Source of the DNA: Antedon mediterranea
Lineage: Eukaryota; Animalia; Echinodermata
Reading direction: 5' to 3'
Length of the DNA stretch: 64,000 nucleotides
NCBI RefSeq assembly: GCF_964355755.1
Contig: NC_092678.1
Span: 24,941,365 to 25,005,364, forward strand
How positions within the stretch are numbered: the stretch's first letter is position 1; every line of letters begins with the position of its first letter. Positions 25,601-37,800 of this stretch are shown here, in pieces. The notes below the pieces were generated by a model. That model searched no databases, was not told where the DNA came from, and saw nothing but the letters and a program-made list of their open reading frames with translations. The translations under genes were made by a program, and so were the position numbers.

Positions 25601-28600
25601 ACCATCTTCTATCTTTTCTAGTTACATATAAGATCAAGATAAAATTCAACAAGTTTCTTTGCCGTCAGCTAACAAATATTCATGGATGGGGTTTTGGGGA
25701 CTTAAGCGACGACTTACTTTGGATTTCTGTCTAGGTGGATGATAGATGTCAGAGTTCTTAAGGCAGCTGCATTGATTTCCTGTAGAAAATGAGCGTAAAT
25801 AAGATATTGGTACATTTCAATGTTTAGATATTGCAAATGTATACTCACAAGAATGATACTGTTGGTATAAAGTTTGCGATACACCACATCTGTTAGTTCT
25901 GAAAAGAACTGTCGAGGTACTCAATGTTTCGATCAATATACTTTGATTGTCCTCAGGAGTGAAAATGAGAATATAAGATGCCCTGCATTGTCACTCCTGA
26001 GGACGTCAGGAAGCTCAACAGTTCATTGATTTTGCCATGAAAGCTTTCAAACAAATACTTACCACAAGGTTGGTATCATCTAACTGTAACACATCTACTA
26101 ACTCTTCTATGAAGCCAACGTACAGTAAAGAACTTGACGAATCTGGTATTGCACTGGTATACACTAATGAAAAAAAAAAAAAATTCGTCAAATATTTCAA
26201 ATATCTCATAAAGCTCTGTTTTCACTATCAAGATTTATAAGACAATGTGATGTGCCCATATATGGACATGATAATATCATATCACTACAATATTTGGGCA
26301 CATCACACTTTTTTTTTCAAACTAGTTTGATAGTGCAGACAGAGCTTAATGATACAATTAAATTACATTTGTTATTAGTATTATCAATAGTTGTATTCTA
26401 AATATGGAATAGATGTACCAAATAAGCAGAATGACTTACCTAATATAGAAAGGGCCTGTAGCCTAGCTTGTACGCAAAGAAGTCGTTTTTCATAGTCAGA
26501 GAATGCATTACCTAACCTGACATGTGTGAACAGCAACATCTAGATAAAACAAAATAGAAATGTTAAATAAATATTCTTTCATCAATATATCAACTTAAAT
26601 AATTTGTTATCTTGACTAAAGCTTTGTCTACACTATCAAACTGACAAAAAAGTGTGATGTGCCTAAATATGGTAGTGATATACCCAAATATGGTAGTGAT
26701 ATGACCATACCCATACCCATATACGGGCACATCACATTTTTTTGTCACATAAAGTTTGATAGTTTAGACAGATTTTAAGTATTCATATTCATTGAGTTAG
26801 TGCAGAATCTACTGGTTATATTGGTGACAGAATAACTAAGTAATGAGTAAGGTAACTAAGTAATGAGTAAGGTAACTAAGTAAAAACGAAGTAATGAGTA
26901 AGGTAACTAAGTAATGAGTAAGGTAACTAAGTAATGAGTAAGGTAACTAAGTAAAAACGAAGTAATGAGTAAGGTAACTAAGTAATGAGTAAGGTAACTA
27001 AGTAAAAACGAAGTAATGAGTAAGGTAACTAAGTAATAACTAAGTAATGAGTAAGGTAACTAAGTAATGAGTAAGGTAACTAAGTAAAAACGAAGTAATG
27101 AGTAAGGTAACTAAGTAATAACTAAGTAATGAGTAAGGTAACTAAGTAAAAACGAAGTAATGAGTAAGGTAACTAAGTAATGAGTAAGGTAACTAAGTAA
27201 TGAGTAAGGTAACTAAGTAAAAACGAAGTAATAAGTAAGGTAACTAAGTAATGAGTAAGGTAACTAAGTAATGAGTAAGGTAACTAAGTAAAAACGAAGT
27301 AATAAGTAAGGTAACTAAGTAATGAGTAAGGTAACTAAGTAAAAACGAAGTAATAAGTAAGGTAACTAAGTAATGAGTAAGGTAACTAAGTAATGAGTAA
27401 GGTAACTAAGTAATAACTAAGTAATGAGTAAGGTAACTAATTATGTAATAGAAATCCACAACTCACCTGTTTGTCTTTGGGAACAGTGTATTTTGTACAA
27501 AGTTCTTCCATAATAAGAGACGGACTTTTGGGATGCTGAAAATCAAATAATTAAGTAAGTCTTAATAAATGGTAGCTGCAATATTTGTTACTGTAGTTTT
27601 TTTTTTAAATTGAATTCAGATATTTAGCACAAGTGATATTTGAACAGTGTCTGTAAGAGCTAACTGTATACAGTCAATAGCCACCATACAGTATGTACCA
27701 TATCTAGTATCACGGTTACAGGGACCAGTACCAGTACACCTGCATTAAGTGAGAGACTTAGTATTCTTACCTTGTCTATGTTTTCTAGATGAATAACATT
27801 CACAGCATGGGAAGCACTCTAAAAGAATTGAAAAAAAAACATAGTAAAGTAAACACACAAGTTTATATTAAGAATGAATTATGATCATGCAGATAAGAAC
27901 AGATTATTTATTCATAGAATAATGAATTTATTTACCGTTTTCCCCGACTTGCTTTCTGGCTGACTTGAATAGAATTCAAAGTGCAATGTGGTAGCAGTTT
28001 CTGGGCATTTCTAAATAAATTATAAAAAAAATTAATAACAATTAAAATGAATTGCTATTAAAAAAACACAAGTGACTTTGCAACAAGAAAGTATTGAAAA
28101 AAAATTTTATATCATTGATGAAAAGACAATACCAAGATTGATAACAATGCTAGCCAGCAGATTCTTGTAGGGTATCATAATGTTAAACATCCTGCAGTGT
28201 AACTGTGTTGTCTGCAGACGACAACATGTCCATACCATCTAACTCTTAAATATTAACTTAACCTAACCCTCTAAATAATCTCTCAATATACTACAGTATC
28301 CTATAGGATGAAGGTTGCTGTCAGAAGACATGATACCGCGGAGTGTTTCTTGTCACTAGACATGTAACACTAATGTATTGAGTTAACGAGCGATACTTAC
28401 AGCGCCACGTTGACAGCATTCTGCAAGGCCAAATCCATTCTCTTTGCCACCCCAGCTATCAGCTAAATATGTAAGCCTCTTCAGTAACTCTTGTCTCTTA
28501 TCTCCCGACAACTTCACAATGAAATTGGATCGTTTACTGCAAAACAATTATATAAGATTATTTATTTTGATTTTAATTTTTAAATACTTGAAACTATTAT

Positions 28601-31101
28601 TTATCTTATTCACGACATCACCTTAAAGATGTATTGTCCCTTGAAACACAAAAAAATGAAGGTCAAAATATTCTAAATTTAAAGTGGCCATATCAATGTA
28701 ATATTAAAGTTATTCACTTTAAGTCGAAAATTTGAGCCAAAAACAACAAATTTACGTAATTAACAGGTAAATTAGTTTGATTACATTTCATCTGGAAAAT
28801 CGTCATGAGCGAAAGTAAACAAAGATTTCAAACCATGAGTACGCATTATGTATATGCTAAATTAGGATTGTTTACAACTCGTCACGGTTAAGAGGGTATT
28901 TTCACACAGATCATGAGGAAGTTTTATTATTATGCATACAGAGTAGCCAAACAAGCGCGTTTCATTATGGGATATGTTTTGATTGAAAACTTTGACTGGA
29001 AGTCAAAGTTATTTTTTAAACAAAAAAACGTCTGTATTTCAGTTAATTTTTTTTTTTCCCGAAAAATTTTTGGTGATAGTTAATAACTATTATGATACTT
29101 CAAAATGACCCACCTTTTTTCGAAATCTATTATTTTTTATTTTTTTGGAATTAGTCAAAGGGACAATACATCTTTAACACTTTGGTGTTAATCAAGGACT
29201 TACAAAAGTTAGAAAAGCTTTCAAAAAATCCGTAAAAACAGGAGCTGATACAAACTACTACTACTACTACTACACATGACGTTTTTTTTTATTTGAGGAT
29301 GTATATCCGTAAAAGTAGCGATAGAGGGAGACTCTGCAATTTATAAAGTGTGAAGTAAATAAAAACAACAAACCTGAAGACATAGATGAGGTTTAGGACC
29401 ACTAGAACAGTTGTCAGATCTGATGAAGCTAACAATGTTGTTAGATGCTAAAACACATTTAAAAAACATGTTATTTTTATTTATTTTTTTTATATTTTTG
29501 GTAGTCATTAATTTGACAATATGAGGGAAAAGAACAAACTTCACATGATGTTAAGAAAAATGGACTTACCTCAATGGAGTTATAAAGAAAAGGACTTACC
29601 TCAATGGAGTTATAAAGAAAAGGACTTACCTCAATGGAGTTATAAAGATGTCGTGAAAAACTATGTTCTATAAGTAGCGATGTAAAATAAAGAATGTTGT
29701 GAATTAGTTCCTTGGTGGCGCTGTTCTGAGGCCGATCGCAAAATAACTGCCACGATTGCAGCGTTTCTGTACAACATCCCTCTTCAAGTATGGCATCGAA
29801 CCGGTCAAGCACATCAATCCAGTGGTAAAGTTCACACTGAAAGACATGAAATCTATTTTAAGCCGCACTCGACCATTACATGTGTAAAAAATTATACAGT
29901 GTGAACAGGATCATAAACAATTTTTTTAATGGGTTTTTCCCACTTTTATTTCCTTAAAATAGCTCAATGAATAAATATACAATGAATGCACAGTATTTAG
30001 TGTACGGAACATCAATAATTTCTTTTTTCCCCCCTAAAAAGGGTAATATATAAAAACTAAAGTTTATCATAAAAACATCACAATAAAATGAACAATTTTA
30101 GTATGAACAGGCCATAAAGAAATCCTTATTTTTAATATAGATTGTAGGCTAACTAGCATCAGTCAACATGATGCTTACCTTTCCATAATTCCAGGACTTG
30201 ATTTGTTTCAGTTCTTGCAGCAGGTTGTCACATGATTTCAGCTTGTCAATCAAATACTTACAATCTGCAGGCTGTAATTAATTAGGTTAGAAGGGAGCAT
30301 GTCAACATTATTTTACTGCAGTAACAAATTAGTTTGTTTCAATGTAGAAGTTTATGAGGGAGGGAGGCAGTTAGTGCAGTAAACAGAGTGTATGATTACA
30401 ATAGAGTGAACAAAGTTACTGCAGCATATAATAACCCAGGCCAGCATGGGCACATTACTGACAATTGAAAACAATCAAGACAGTTATATTATAGTTTAAT
30501 TTATAAATTATTTAGATTTTTTTGTATATTATGTTTAATATGTATTTTTCTATGTACAGAAATGTTATACTCTTAGTAGCCCTAAAGCTTTGTCTACACT
30601 ATCAAACTTTATGTGACAAAAAAAATGTGATGTGATCATATATGGACATGATGATGTCATATCACTAACATATTTGAGCATATCACTACAATATTTAGGC
30701 AATACACACTTTTTTTGCCAACTAGTTTGATAGTGTAGACAGAGCTTAAGAAATATTATAAGTTAAATATATTTCATTCATGCAATTTTAATATTTTAAA
30801 AATATTTGACATATTTAATTATTTGTATTCATTTCCTTGTAGAGAGCCTCATGGCTATTATTTTTGTTATAACATTTAGGTAATCCTGCCTCAATTATTT
30901 ACATTTTTGTTTTCAATATGGCAAAATAAATGACAAATATATTTTTTATATAGTTTATCTTACAAATTGTAGTTATTGTTATTGTTTATAAAGGAAATAA
31001 ATATTATTTTTAATTGAATGAATTCATACAATATGACCCTGAGGAGCAATACATACCACATCAGATAATGTCTTCTTAATTTTACTTTTGTCAATCTTCA
31101 T
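1494..31101 (-). CDS. HUWE1: E3 ubiquitin-protein ligase HUWE1 (Mule/ARF-BP1), N-terminal ~2058 aa, 41 coding exons; continues beyond the left edge (HECT domain not in window)
   Basis: Hand-spliced exons in transcript order: 31057-31101, 30179-30271, 29630-29836, 29374-29447, 28401-28536, 27936-28010, 27771-27818, 27467-27535, 26440-26539, 26063-26163, 25718-25779, 25473-25561, 24617-24697, 24369-24457, 23990-24091, 23327-23561, 23047-23148, 22809-22889, 22301-22407, 21572-21749, 21050-21141, 19956-20164, 19507-19564, 18904-19080, 18340-18588, 17347-18002, 16909-17031, 16559-16790, 15799-16101, 14958-15065, 13536-13622, 12774-13040, 11803-12074, 9625-9706, 7815-7982, 5352-5508, 3745-3844, 3133-3373, 2390-2579, 1958-2116, 1494-1663 (sum 6174 nt). 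N-terminus [27 protein letters not shown] resembles human [27 protein letters not shown]. Other motifs: [48 protein letters not shown], plus UBA, UIM, WWE and BH3. Confidence 0.96.
1750..1886 (-). ncRNA. Intronic H/ACA snoRNA, family A copy 1
   Basis: Hairpin GCATTCT..AGAATGC, H box AGATTA, hairpin AGTAGGA..TCCTACT, ACA 3 nt from the end; sense to host. Confidence 0.85.
2666..2802 (-). ncRNA. Intronic H/ACA snoRNA, family A copy 2
   Basis: Near-identical to copy 1 with unrelated flanks. Confidence 0.85.
3889..5105. mobile_element. Non-autonomous TIR DNA transposon with 6-bp TSD
   Basis: TIR CAGGGCATCA/TGATGCCCTG; AGTAAT duplicated on both flanks; subterminal GGAGAGC/GCTCTCC motifs. Confidence 0.75.
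5755..5892 (-). ncRNA. Intronic H/ACA snoRNA, family A copy 3
   Basis: Near-identical to copy 1; abuts a Helitron. Confidence 0.83.
5893..7440 (+). mobile_element. Non-autonomous Helitron
   Basis: Starts A|TCTATATATA; ends with hairpin GATGGTACGC...GCGTGCCATC and CTAG|T; internal ~262-bp tandem duplication at ~6349-6870. Confidence 0.75.
7815..7982 (-). CDS. HUWE1: HUWE1 WWE-domain exon
   Basis: [26 protein letters not shown]...[17 protein letters not shown]; the next exon begins [11 protein letters not shown]. Confidence 0.93.
8000..9585. repeat. 21-bp AT-rich minisatellite (ATCATTAAATGACAAATTATC), ~75 units
   Basis: Directly visible; source of the spurious [11 protein letters not shown]. 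Confidence 0.97.
9739..11696. repeat. 21-bp minisatellite (ACACCAACATTAGATGGCTAC), ~93 units
   Basis: Directly visible. Confidence 0.97.
12477..12613 (-). ncRNA. Intronic H/ACA snoRNA, family A copy 4
   Basis: Near-identical to copy 1. Confidence 0.85.
13536..13622 (-). CDS. HUWE1: HUWE1 UIM exon
   Basis: [14 protein letters not shown] matches the UIM consensus. Confidence 0.9.
14958..15065 (-). CDS. HUWE1: HUWE1 UBA-domain exon
   Basis: Translates [31 protein letters not shown], with the MGF UBA motif. Confidence 0.92.
15151..15268. mobile_element. Harbinger/Tourist-like MITE family 1 (representative)
   Basis: TIR GCTCTGTCTACACTATCAAACT with TAA/TTA-like flanks; full or partial copies near 1380, 18771, 22570, 22930, 23610, 26212, 26620, 30586, 52556, 57549, 57994, 61142. 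Confidence 0.8.
15398..15530 (-). ncRNA. Intronic H/ACA snoRNA, family B copy 1
   Basis: Hairpin GCATTGT..ACAATGC, H box ACATTA, second hairpin, ACA+3 nt; 133 nt. Confidence 0.8.
16306..16442 (-). ncRNA. Intronic H/ACA snoRNA, family A copy 5
   Basis: Near-identical to copy 1; one change keeps a U-G pair in the upper stem. Confidence 0.85.
17107..17243 (-). ncRNA. Intronic H/ACA snoRNA, family A copy 6
   Basis: Near-identical to copy 1. Confidence 0.85.
17347..18002 (-). CDS. HUWE1: HUWE1 largest exon in window (ARM-repeat region)
   Basis: ORF 17271..17987 contains [31 protein letters not shown]; AG/GT boundaries. Confidence 0.93.
18094..18282. mobile_element. hAT-like MITE (CAGTGGCGTAAC ends)
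   Basis: CAGTGG...CCACTG termini; related copies at ~2874-3043 and ~21790-21944. Confidence 0.6.
19140..19400 (-). mobile_element. tRNA-derived SINE
   Basis: B-box-like GGGGTTCGAG on the minus strand at ~19376-19388, GC-richer body and A-rich tail. Confidence 0.5.
19704..19836 (-). ncRNA. Intronic H/ACA snoRNA, family B copy 2
   Basis: Near-identical to B1; about 100 bp of flank is also shared. Confidence 0.8.
20518..20695 (-). ncRNA. Two tandem single-hairpin derivatives of snoRNA family B
   Basis: 20518-20598 and 20621-20695 keep the family B 5' hairpin, lack the 3' hairpin and end ...CTTACATTT. Confidence 0.55.
21289..21421 (-). ncRNA. Intronic H/ACA snoRNA, family B copy 3
   Basis: Near-identical to B1. 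Confidence 0.8.
22125..22256 (-). ncRNA. Intronic H/ACA snoRNA, family B copy 4 (divergent 3' hairpin)
   Basis: Same 5' hairpin and H box; the 3' hairpin is diverged but keeps GAAAT-ACA. Confidence 0.75.
24840..25472. repeat. 31-bp minisatellite abutting a HUWE1 splice donor
   Basis: Unit GGGTTACTTAACAGGTTACTTAGTACTTGAT, ~20 copies. Confidence 0.95.
25919..25960 (-). ncRNA. Minimal type-I hammerhead-like motif in a Penelope-like terminal fragment
   Basis: CTC-CTGAGGA-C-AATCAA(AGTATA)TTGATC-GAAAC-ATT-GAG; related degenerate copy at 53817-53855 on +. Confidence 0.45.
26834..27440. repeat. 20-bp compound minisatellite (TAAGTAATGAGTAAGGTAAC)
   Basis: Directly visible, with interspersed AAAAACGAAG variants. 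Confidence 0.95.
28627..29173. mobile_element. Kolobok-like non-autonomous element
   Basis: TTAA TSDs and TIR AGATGTATTGTCCCTT; a partial end of the same family lies at ~59670. Confidence 0.75.
29562..29647 (-). repeat. 30-bp triplication of a HUWE1 exon end plus 5' splice site
   Basis: GGACTTACCTCAATGGAGTTATAAAGA three times. Confidence 0.95.
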
Positions 31102-32168
31102 TTTCATTACCTAAATATTATCATCATCTGTAAGGTAAACAATAAGGTGCTTGAATTACAACCAGATCTGCTCCTCTCATTATGATTATGTCCCAAACCT
31201 ATATTACATTTAATAGTGGTGCCACTATGGACATGGACCCTCTAGCTTGCCAGTTGTTTTGTTCTTTTTGACTGTGCAGTGCTGTTACAACTTGACATTA
31301 TGCTTTTTTGGTAGATTTTAATTTTTTTTAAATATTTTAAATCTAAAATATAGTGTGTTGTAAGCGAATTGCAGTAGGGTATATTTGGGCAATTTATCAC
31401 AATTATTATTGTTTTCATTAGTCATATTAGAGTGGATATTCAAACATGTGTACAAATAACTAACCTAACAGTAATCATTTTTCATTTTTGCTGGCTTTTG
31501 GCTGACATGCTTTATTCCATGTGTGAATTATTTATTTTATTTATTTAGCATGGATATTAAAAAGGATATTTTCACCTAATTTGACCCATAATTAATACAG
31601 AAGGCTAGTAGTCTACCTTAACTTTAAAATAACGCTCTCAGTCTACCATAAAGTAAGTAACTTTAAAGATTTATTACAATCAACATCAACAGAAAACTGT
31701 TTTTGTGACAAAATACAATCAATATCAATAGCCTTAGACTAGCCTTTTTTAATGCTTTGCAACTAACAAATTTAAATCAGGGATTGAGAGTATTTAGGTC
31801 GATTTGGTCTGTACACAACAAGACGAATTCTCCAAAATGTCTATGAAGGGGCCAAGGGACAAATAATTTAAAGCTCCTAGGCCTAGCTAGCTAGGATCAA
31901 GGCAAATAAGGTAAATCAAGTGCCAGTGCATCGTCATCCATAATAAGCAAAAATACAAACGACGTCCACTTTTCTCGTACCTTCTCGAACACGCAGTTTC
32001 CAAATTTATATGGTTAAGTACGATTTAAATGCATAACCAACACCTTTTTGCACACAAATATTTCATATTATAATTCATTTGTTATACCATATGTCATTCG
32101 AGCTGACTTTTGTCAGTTTAACCACATAAAACTTCAATAAATCGAACTACTAACAGATTCATACTCAC

Positions 32169-32225
32169 ATGTAGCAGACCGCCATTTTGAAAAGATTCAA
32201 CAACAAAACCCGGATGTTGTTAAGA
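32169..32225 (-). promoter_or_regulatory. Putative HUWE1 core promoter / first non-coding exon
   Basis: Minus strand has AAAATGGCGG (YY1-type motif typical just downstream of housekeeping TSSs) followed by a GTGAGT donor at 32168; an ETS-like CCGGATG lies at ~32209-32216 on +. Confidence 0.55.
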
Positions 32226-32505
32226 ACTTTTATATTCGAATGTTTAGTTATTAATAACTAAATAAAATTGTATTTTTAAACACTGGCTGAAATAAATTTC
32301 TAAGATATATATTTTTTTGGATTCTATTTAGTTTCAAATATATTATTTAAATTGTGATAAAATAAATAAATCTTGGCCTACATATCCAAAAGAAGTTTTT
32401 TTTAATAGAGGGCGCGGACTATCCTCGAATAGGAATTCTTGTCACGTGATATTTTAATCAATAGTGATAGAGGGGGTAGTTGCTTTTTTGCTATCATCAT
32501 AATTA

Positions 32506-33300
32506 TTTTTAGTCGCGTGGAAGCGACTCTATGACTCTATAGTTCACTATGTCGGTCGGTCGGTCTGTCTGTCGGTCTGTCTGTCTGTCGGTCCGGTATC
32601 ACTATGCGTTTTATCGCTTTATGACCTTATCTTGATATCAGTTTAATCTAGCTAAGTCAATTTTTCACAGAATATTCCTTATGGCCAGGAATCGATGTGG
32701 TTATGTTTTCACGATGCGCAATAAAAAATTACGCGGTCTACGCACGATTTAACGAAATCACGTTTGTAATCATATCTTCACAACCATGAATCACAATTAA
32801 ATAAAATTTGGTACTCATAAATTTCAGGGCATAAATCATCATATGGCAATACAATTACGTGCGTAGCGCATGTAACGCATGCGTACGCGCGCTTAACATT
32901 TTCAAAATTTATTTTCGATGAAATAAGAGTACGTTTCAGGCAATTTTAAGCGTTTACAAAATTGCCATGAGTGCGCAGATTTTTGCGCACGCACTGCGCG
33001 TTAAATGTTATTGCGCACTCTCTTTGCCCGATTTCTGTTTTCTTGACTTACTTTTCAACTCGAAATTACGTTATACGAGCACGTCAAAAGGGACAGGCTA
33101 CGCACGTGTAAATTAAAAAAATATAAATGTTTTTAAACATTTCAACATTTTTAAACATGTTCAGTAATTTCGGTCAGTATAGTTCACTATGTCGGTCGGT
33201 CCGTCTGTCTGTCGGTCTGTCTGTCTGTCGGTCTGTTTGTCTGTCGGTCCGGTATCACTATGCATTGTAGCACGCGACTTAATGGCTGTTGGCCTTGTTT
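32506..33300 (+). mobile_element. Helentron-associated (DINE-1/HINE-like) element
   Basis: T-rich ends, subterminal IRs AGTCGCGTG/CACGCGACT, short 3' hairpin, (GTCT/GTCG)n microsatellite near the 5' end duplicated near the 3' end. Confidence 0.6.
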
Positions 33301-33418
33301 GTTATATATTGACTTATACCGTCCTAAATTAATAAGTTTACAAGCAATTAAAATATTGTCTACCCATGAGTCTACTTTTCCATGAATAATAAAGATGTAT
33401 ATGATTGGAAAATAGTAT

Positions 33419-33735
33419 ACAAATAATGAATGTTTATGAGTGCAATGGTACAAATAATGGCACGAGGTGAATGATGAAAGGTTATATCAACGAGGCAAAG
33501 CCGAGTTGATATAACCTTTCATCATTCACCAAGTGCCATTATTTGTACCATTACACGAATACAAAACATTCATTATTTGTTTTATATAACATCTAGACGT
33601 TTTTTTTTTCGTACACAAAAATGTTTCAAAAAGTACTATTTAACGATCGTTGAATAGTGCGTACTATTGCACGCCATGTGATGACCCACATTCGTCCAAT
33701 CAAATGACAGGAATTTATATAGGTGTTATATAAAT
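33419..33735. mobile_element. Small palindromic non-autonomous element (possibly Crypton-like)
   Basis: Long internal hairpin centred on ACGAGGCAAAGCCGAGT; TTATATAACA/TGTTATATAA inverted motifs. Confidence 0.45.
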
Positions 33736-34899
33736 TTAGTTATGCTATCGGTCAGTACGGGAACCAGTGAACTATTATATCACTGGGATTACCAATAGAG
33801 GGGGTAGTTGCATTTTTTGATTATATCATAATAAATTGTTAAACATTATTTTTAACTTATAATAATAGTATACAGTACTAAATTAATTTGTTTAAAAGCA
33901 AAGAGTGGTCTACCCATTTTGAGGTGCTGGATACTACTTTCATGAATATTTCATGAATAATAAAGGTGTATTATGATGGGAAAATAGATTATCTGCTAGT
34001 ATCGGTCAGGTTAAGGACTATTGAATCTTTTAGGGCCAATATAGCCTTATATACGCCACTTTCCTTTAAACAACAAATTAATTTATAACTTTCAATATTA
34101 ACATTTAAATGTTGTAGAGGGCAGTAAAACAGTATCCAGTTTACTTTGTATTGATTGTGCTGACTGATGTCCTGATCGATTTCAGTCTGCCGAGGTTGTG
34201 AGCTGCGTTCAGACCACTGTACACTCTCGTACCACTAAAAGGGGTTTGACGGAATAGTCATACATCGCGAAATTAGTTCTCGTGGAAAAGGTAACTAGTT
34301 TTTTCTTTTTTTTTGTAGTAATTTTTTACGATAATTTTTGTCGAGGAGGATGACGGGCAACCTGTTGGGAACAAAAACTAGTAGAAAACTAGTAGAGCAA
34401 ATCTTTGTAGAACTTGAAAATCCTTCGTTGTAAATAGCATTCATATTTTTAATTCTAATGTAAGACGTTAATGCAATTTTTAATAGTTTTACATTTTTAA
34501 CAGTATTTTTAACTTTTATCTTGTATTTTTAATCTGTTATAATACTGCACGTTTTTAAATTGTTGCAATATTGTTGTTTTAATCTACCAAGCAAAGTGAA
34601 TTTCCATTTTTATGGACAAATAAAATTTCTTGAATCTTGAATCTTGAATCTTGAAAAAGTTTAATGCTTTATTTCGTTTACTTTATTTAATCACAGTCAA
34701 GATAAATACAAAATAATAATTTGAGTTGAAAAAAAACCTTAAATAAGGTCAAAACCAGAAGAAAAGACCTTTTCTTGTCCTGTTAAACTCTATATTATTT
34801 TATTTTAAAAAAAACTGATAATTAAATTATCGAATGGAGTGTTGCATTTTTTGCAGTGTAGTTCATAGATCTCACGGTTTCAACATTTTGATTATAGCT

Positions 34900-37800
34900 A
34901 TGAAGCCCGCTATGAAGATGTTGTGTGACTTTGTTATGCGTTTTATTCTTGTCGCCTCTCTTGTGCAGAGGAGCACTACAGGTGAGTAGACACACGAAAT
35001 GGTCATCTTACCACATGGTCATCTTATCACATGGTCATCTTATCACATGGTCATCTTATCACATGGTCATCTTATCACATGGTCATCTTACCACATGGTC
35101 ATCTTATCACATGGTCATCTTATCACATGGTCATCTTACCACATTGTCATCTTATCACATGGTCATCTTATCACATAGTCATCTTACCACATTGTCATCT
35201 TACCACATTGTCATCTTACCACATGGTCATCTTACCACATTGTCATCTTATCACATGGTCATCTTATCACATTGTCATCTTACCACATTGTCATCTTATC
35301 ACATGGTCATCTTACCACATTGTCATCTTACCACATGGTCATCTTACCACATTGTCATCTTATCACATGGTCATCTTATCACATGGTCATCTTACCACAT
35401 GGTCATCTTATCACATGGTCATCTTATCACATGGTCATCTTATCACATGGTCATCTTATCACATGGTCATCTTATCACATGGTCATCTTATCACATGGTC
35501 ATCTTATCACATGGTCATCTTATCACATGGTCATCTTATCACATGGTCATCTTACCACATTGTCATCTTATCACATAGTCATCTTATCACATAGTCATCT
35601 TACCACATTGTCATCTTACCACATTGTCATCTTACCACATGGTCATCTTACCACATTGTCATCTTATCACATGGTCATCTTATCACATTGTCATCTTACC
35701 ACATTGTCATCTTATCACATGGTCATCTTACCACATTGTCATCTTACCACATGGTCATCTTACCACATTGTCATCTTATCACATGGTCATCTTACCACAT
35801 TGTCATCTTACCACATGGTCATCTTACCACATGGTCATCTTACCACATGGTCATCTTATCACATGGTCATCTTATCACATGGTCATCTTACCACATTGTC
35901 ATCTTACCACATGGTCATCTTACCACATGGTCATCTTACCACATTGTCATCTTATCACATGGTCATCTTATCACATGGTCATCTTACCACATTGTCATCT
36001 TACCACATTGTCATCTTACCACATGGTCATCTTACCACATTGTCATCTTATCACATGGTCATCTTATCACATTGTCATCTTACCACATTGTCATCTTATC
36101 ACATTGTCATCTTACCACATTGTCATCTTACCACATGGTCATCTTACCACATGGTCATCTTATCACATGGTCATCTTATCACATGGTCATCTTACCACAT
36201 GGTCATCTTACCACATTGTCATCTTACCACATGGTCATCTTACCACATTGTCATCTTACCACATGGCCATCTTATCACATGGTCATCTTATCACATGGTC
36301 ATCTTACCACATGGTCATCTTACCACATGGTCATCTTACCACATGGTCATCTTATCACATGGTCATCTTACCACATGGTTATCTTACCACATGGTCATCT
36401 TACCACATGGTCATCTTACCACATGGTCATCTTACCACATGGTCATCTTACCACATTGTCATCTTTACCCCATGGTCATCTTACCACATTGTCATCTTAC
36501 CACATGGTCATCTTATCACATGGTCATCTTATCACATGGTCATCTTACTACCTTTGACCGTTATTTCAAAGATTCTTTATTTAGTGTTTCGGTTTTTTAG
36601 CTTTATATAAATGATTTTCTGTTAGCTTGCTTCCTTATTATTTTGTCAATGCGCGCTTGTGGTTAAGTTGGAGACGCACGTAACGACGACGTACGCACAA
36701 CACAAATAGCGATGTCGGGTAATCACGTCGTGATTGGTCAAATTACTTCTTATTTACAGCGCGCTTGGAAACCAAGCTTAACGTGTAGGCCTCCTACAGT
36801 ACGTGCCTTAAGCACTCTTTCAATTCAATTCACATTAGTTTTATTTAGTCATCGTTTATAATTACAATTTCAGTATATATAATATATGGCGCTATATAAA
36901 TAATACTATTATTATTACTAATCTATAACAGACCCGAGATTGATTTGATTTTGACTTTAATTGATATAGGACTTTGTTTGAGCCTGTGGTATCCCGTTGG
37001 TTATAATTGCTACAGAGTCTTTGAGGAAAGTCTCAATTGGATGGATTCACTTCAAGTATGCAAAGAGCATGGGGCGAGTTTGGCAACGATAAATGACGAG
37101 GCAGAAAATACGTTGGTAGGTGGTGGACTTTGCAGCGGAAGTGGTAACAACAACTTGTGGATTGGATTTAATGATATTGAACACGAAGGTGTTTGGCAGT
37201 GGACAACGAACTCTGAAGAGGATAGCAATTTTCAAAGTAATAGGCAACGCAACAACGACATAGGCGCACCGCAAGTGAGTTGACCAATCACAAGCGACAG
37301 TGGTGATCCTCGTCATGATTAATTGGTCAAATTACTTGCCGCGTGCCGCGTCCTTTCGATGCGTGGCGCGCAATGGGAGACTTTATAATAGCGATGCATT
37401 TCACACGTAATATACGGTAGCATATGTATGTTCATATAGACAACACGGTGCGTTTAAAAACAAAATATCAAAAACATAAAAAAAATATATAAACATTAAA
37501 AATAAAAGTGGAAACATAGACTTTACAAAGTACAATTAAGCAACAAAAAGAGAAGAGAGAAAAATAACAAATAAAGATGTTTTAGCTCTGGTGCTGATCG
37601 TTTCTCCCAAGCAGCTCTTTAAATAGTAATAGTGTAATAGAAACGTCATTTTATTTACAGATTGGGCATCTCATCAACCGAATAATTTCAATGGTGCTGC
37701 ATTTGACAAGTACAATGCAGACTGTGCAACCATAAAGTGTTCAAATAGCCACTTTTGGAACGATAGAAATTGCGTTGACATATATTATTCATTTGTTTGT

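Noticed and set aside
1494-31101. let-7/miR-98 in HUWE1 introns as in vertebrates
   Set aside because: No TGAGGTAG-type mature sequence noticed on the host strand in this window.
34925-36610. His-rich repetitive ORFs
   Set aside because: 16-bp minisatellite in lectin intron 1.
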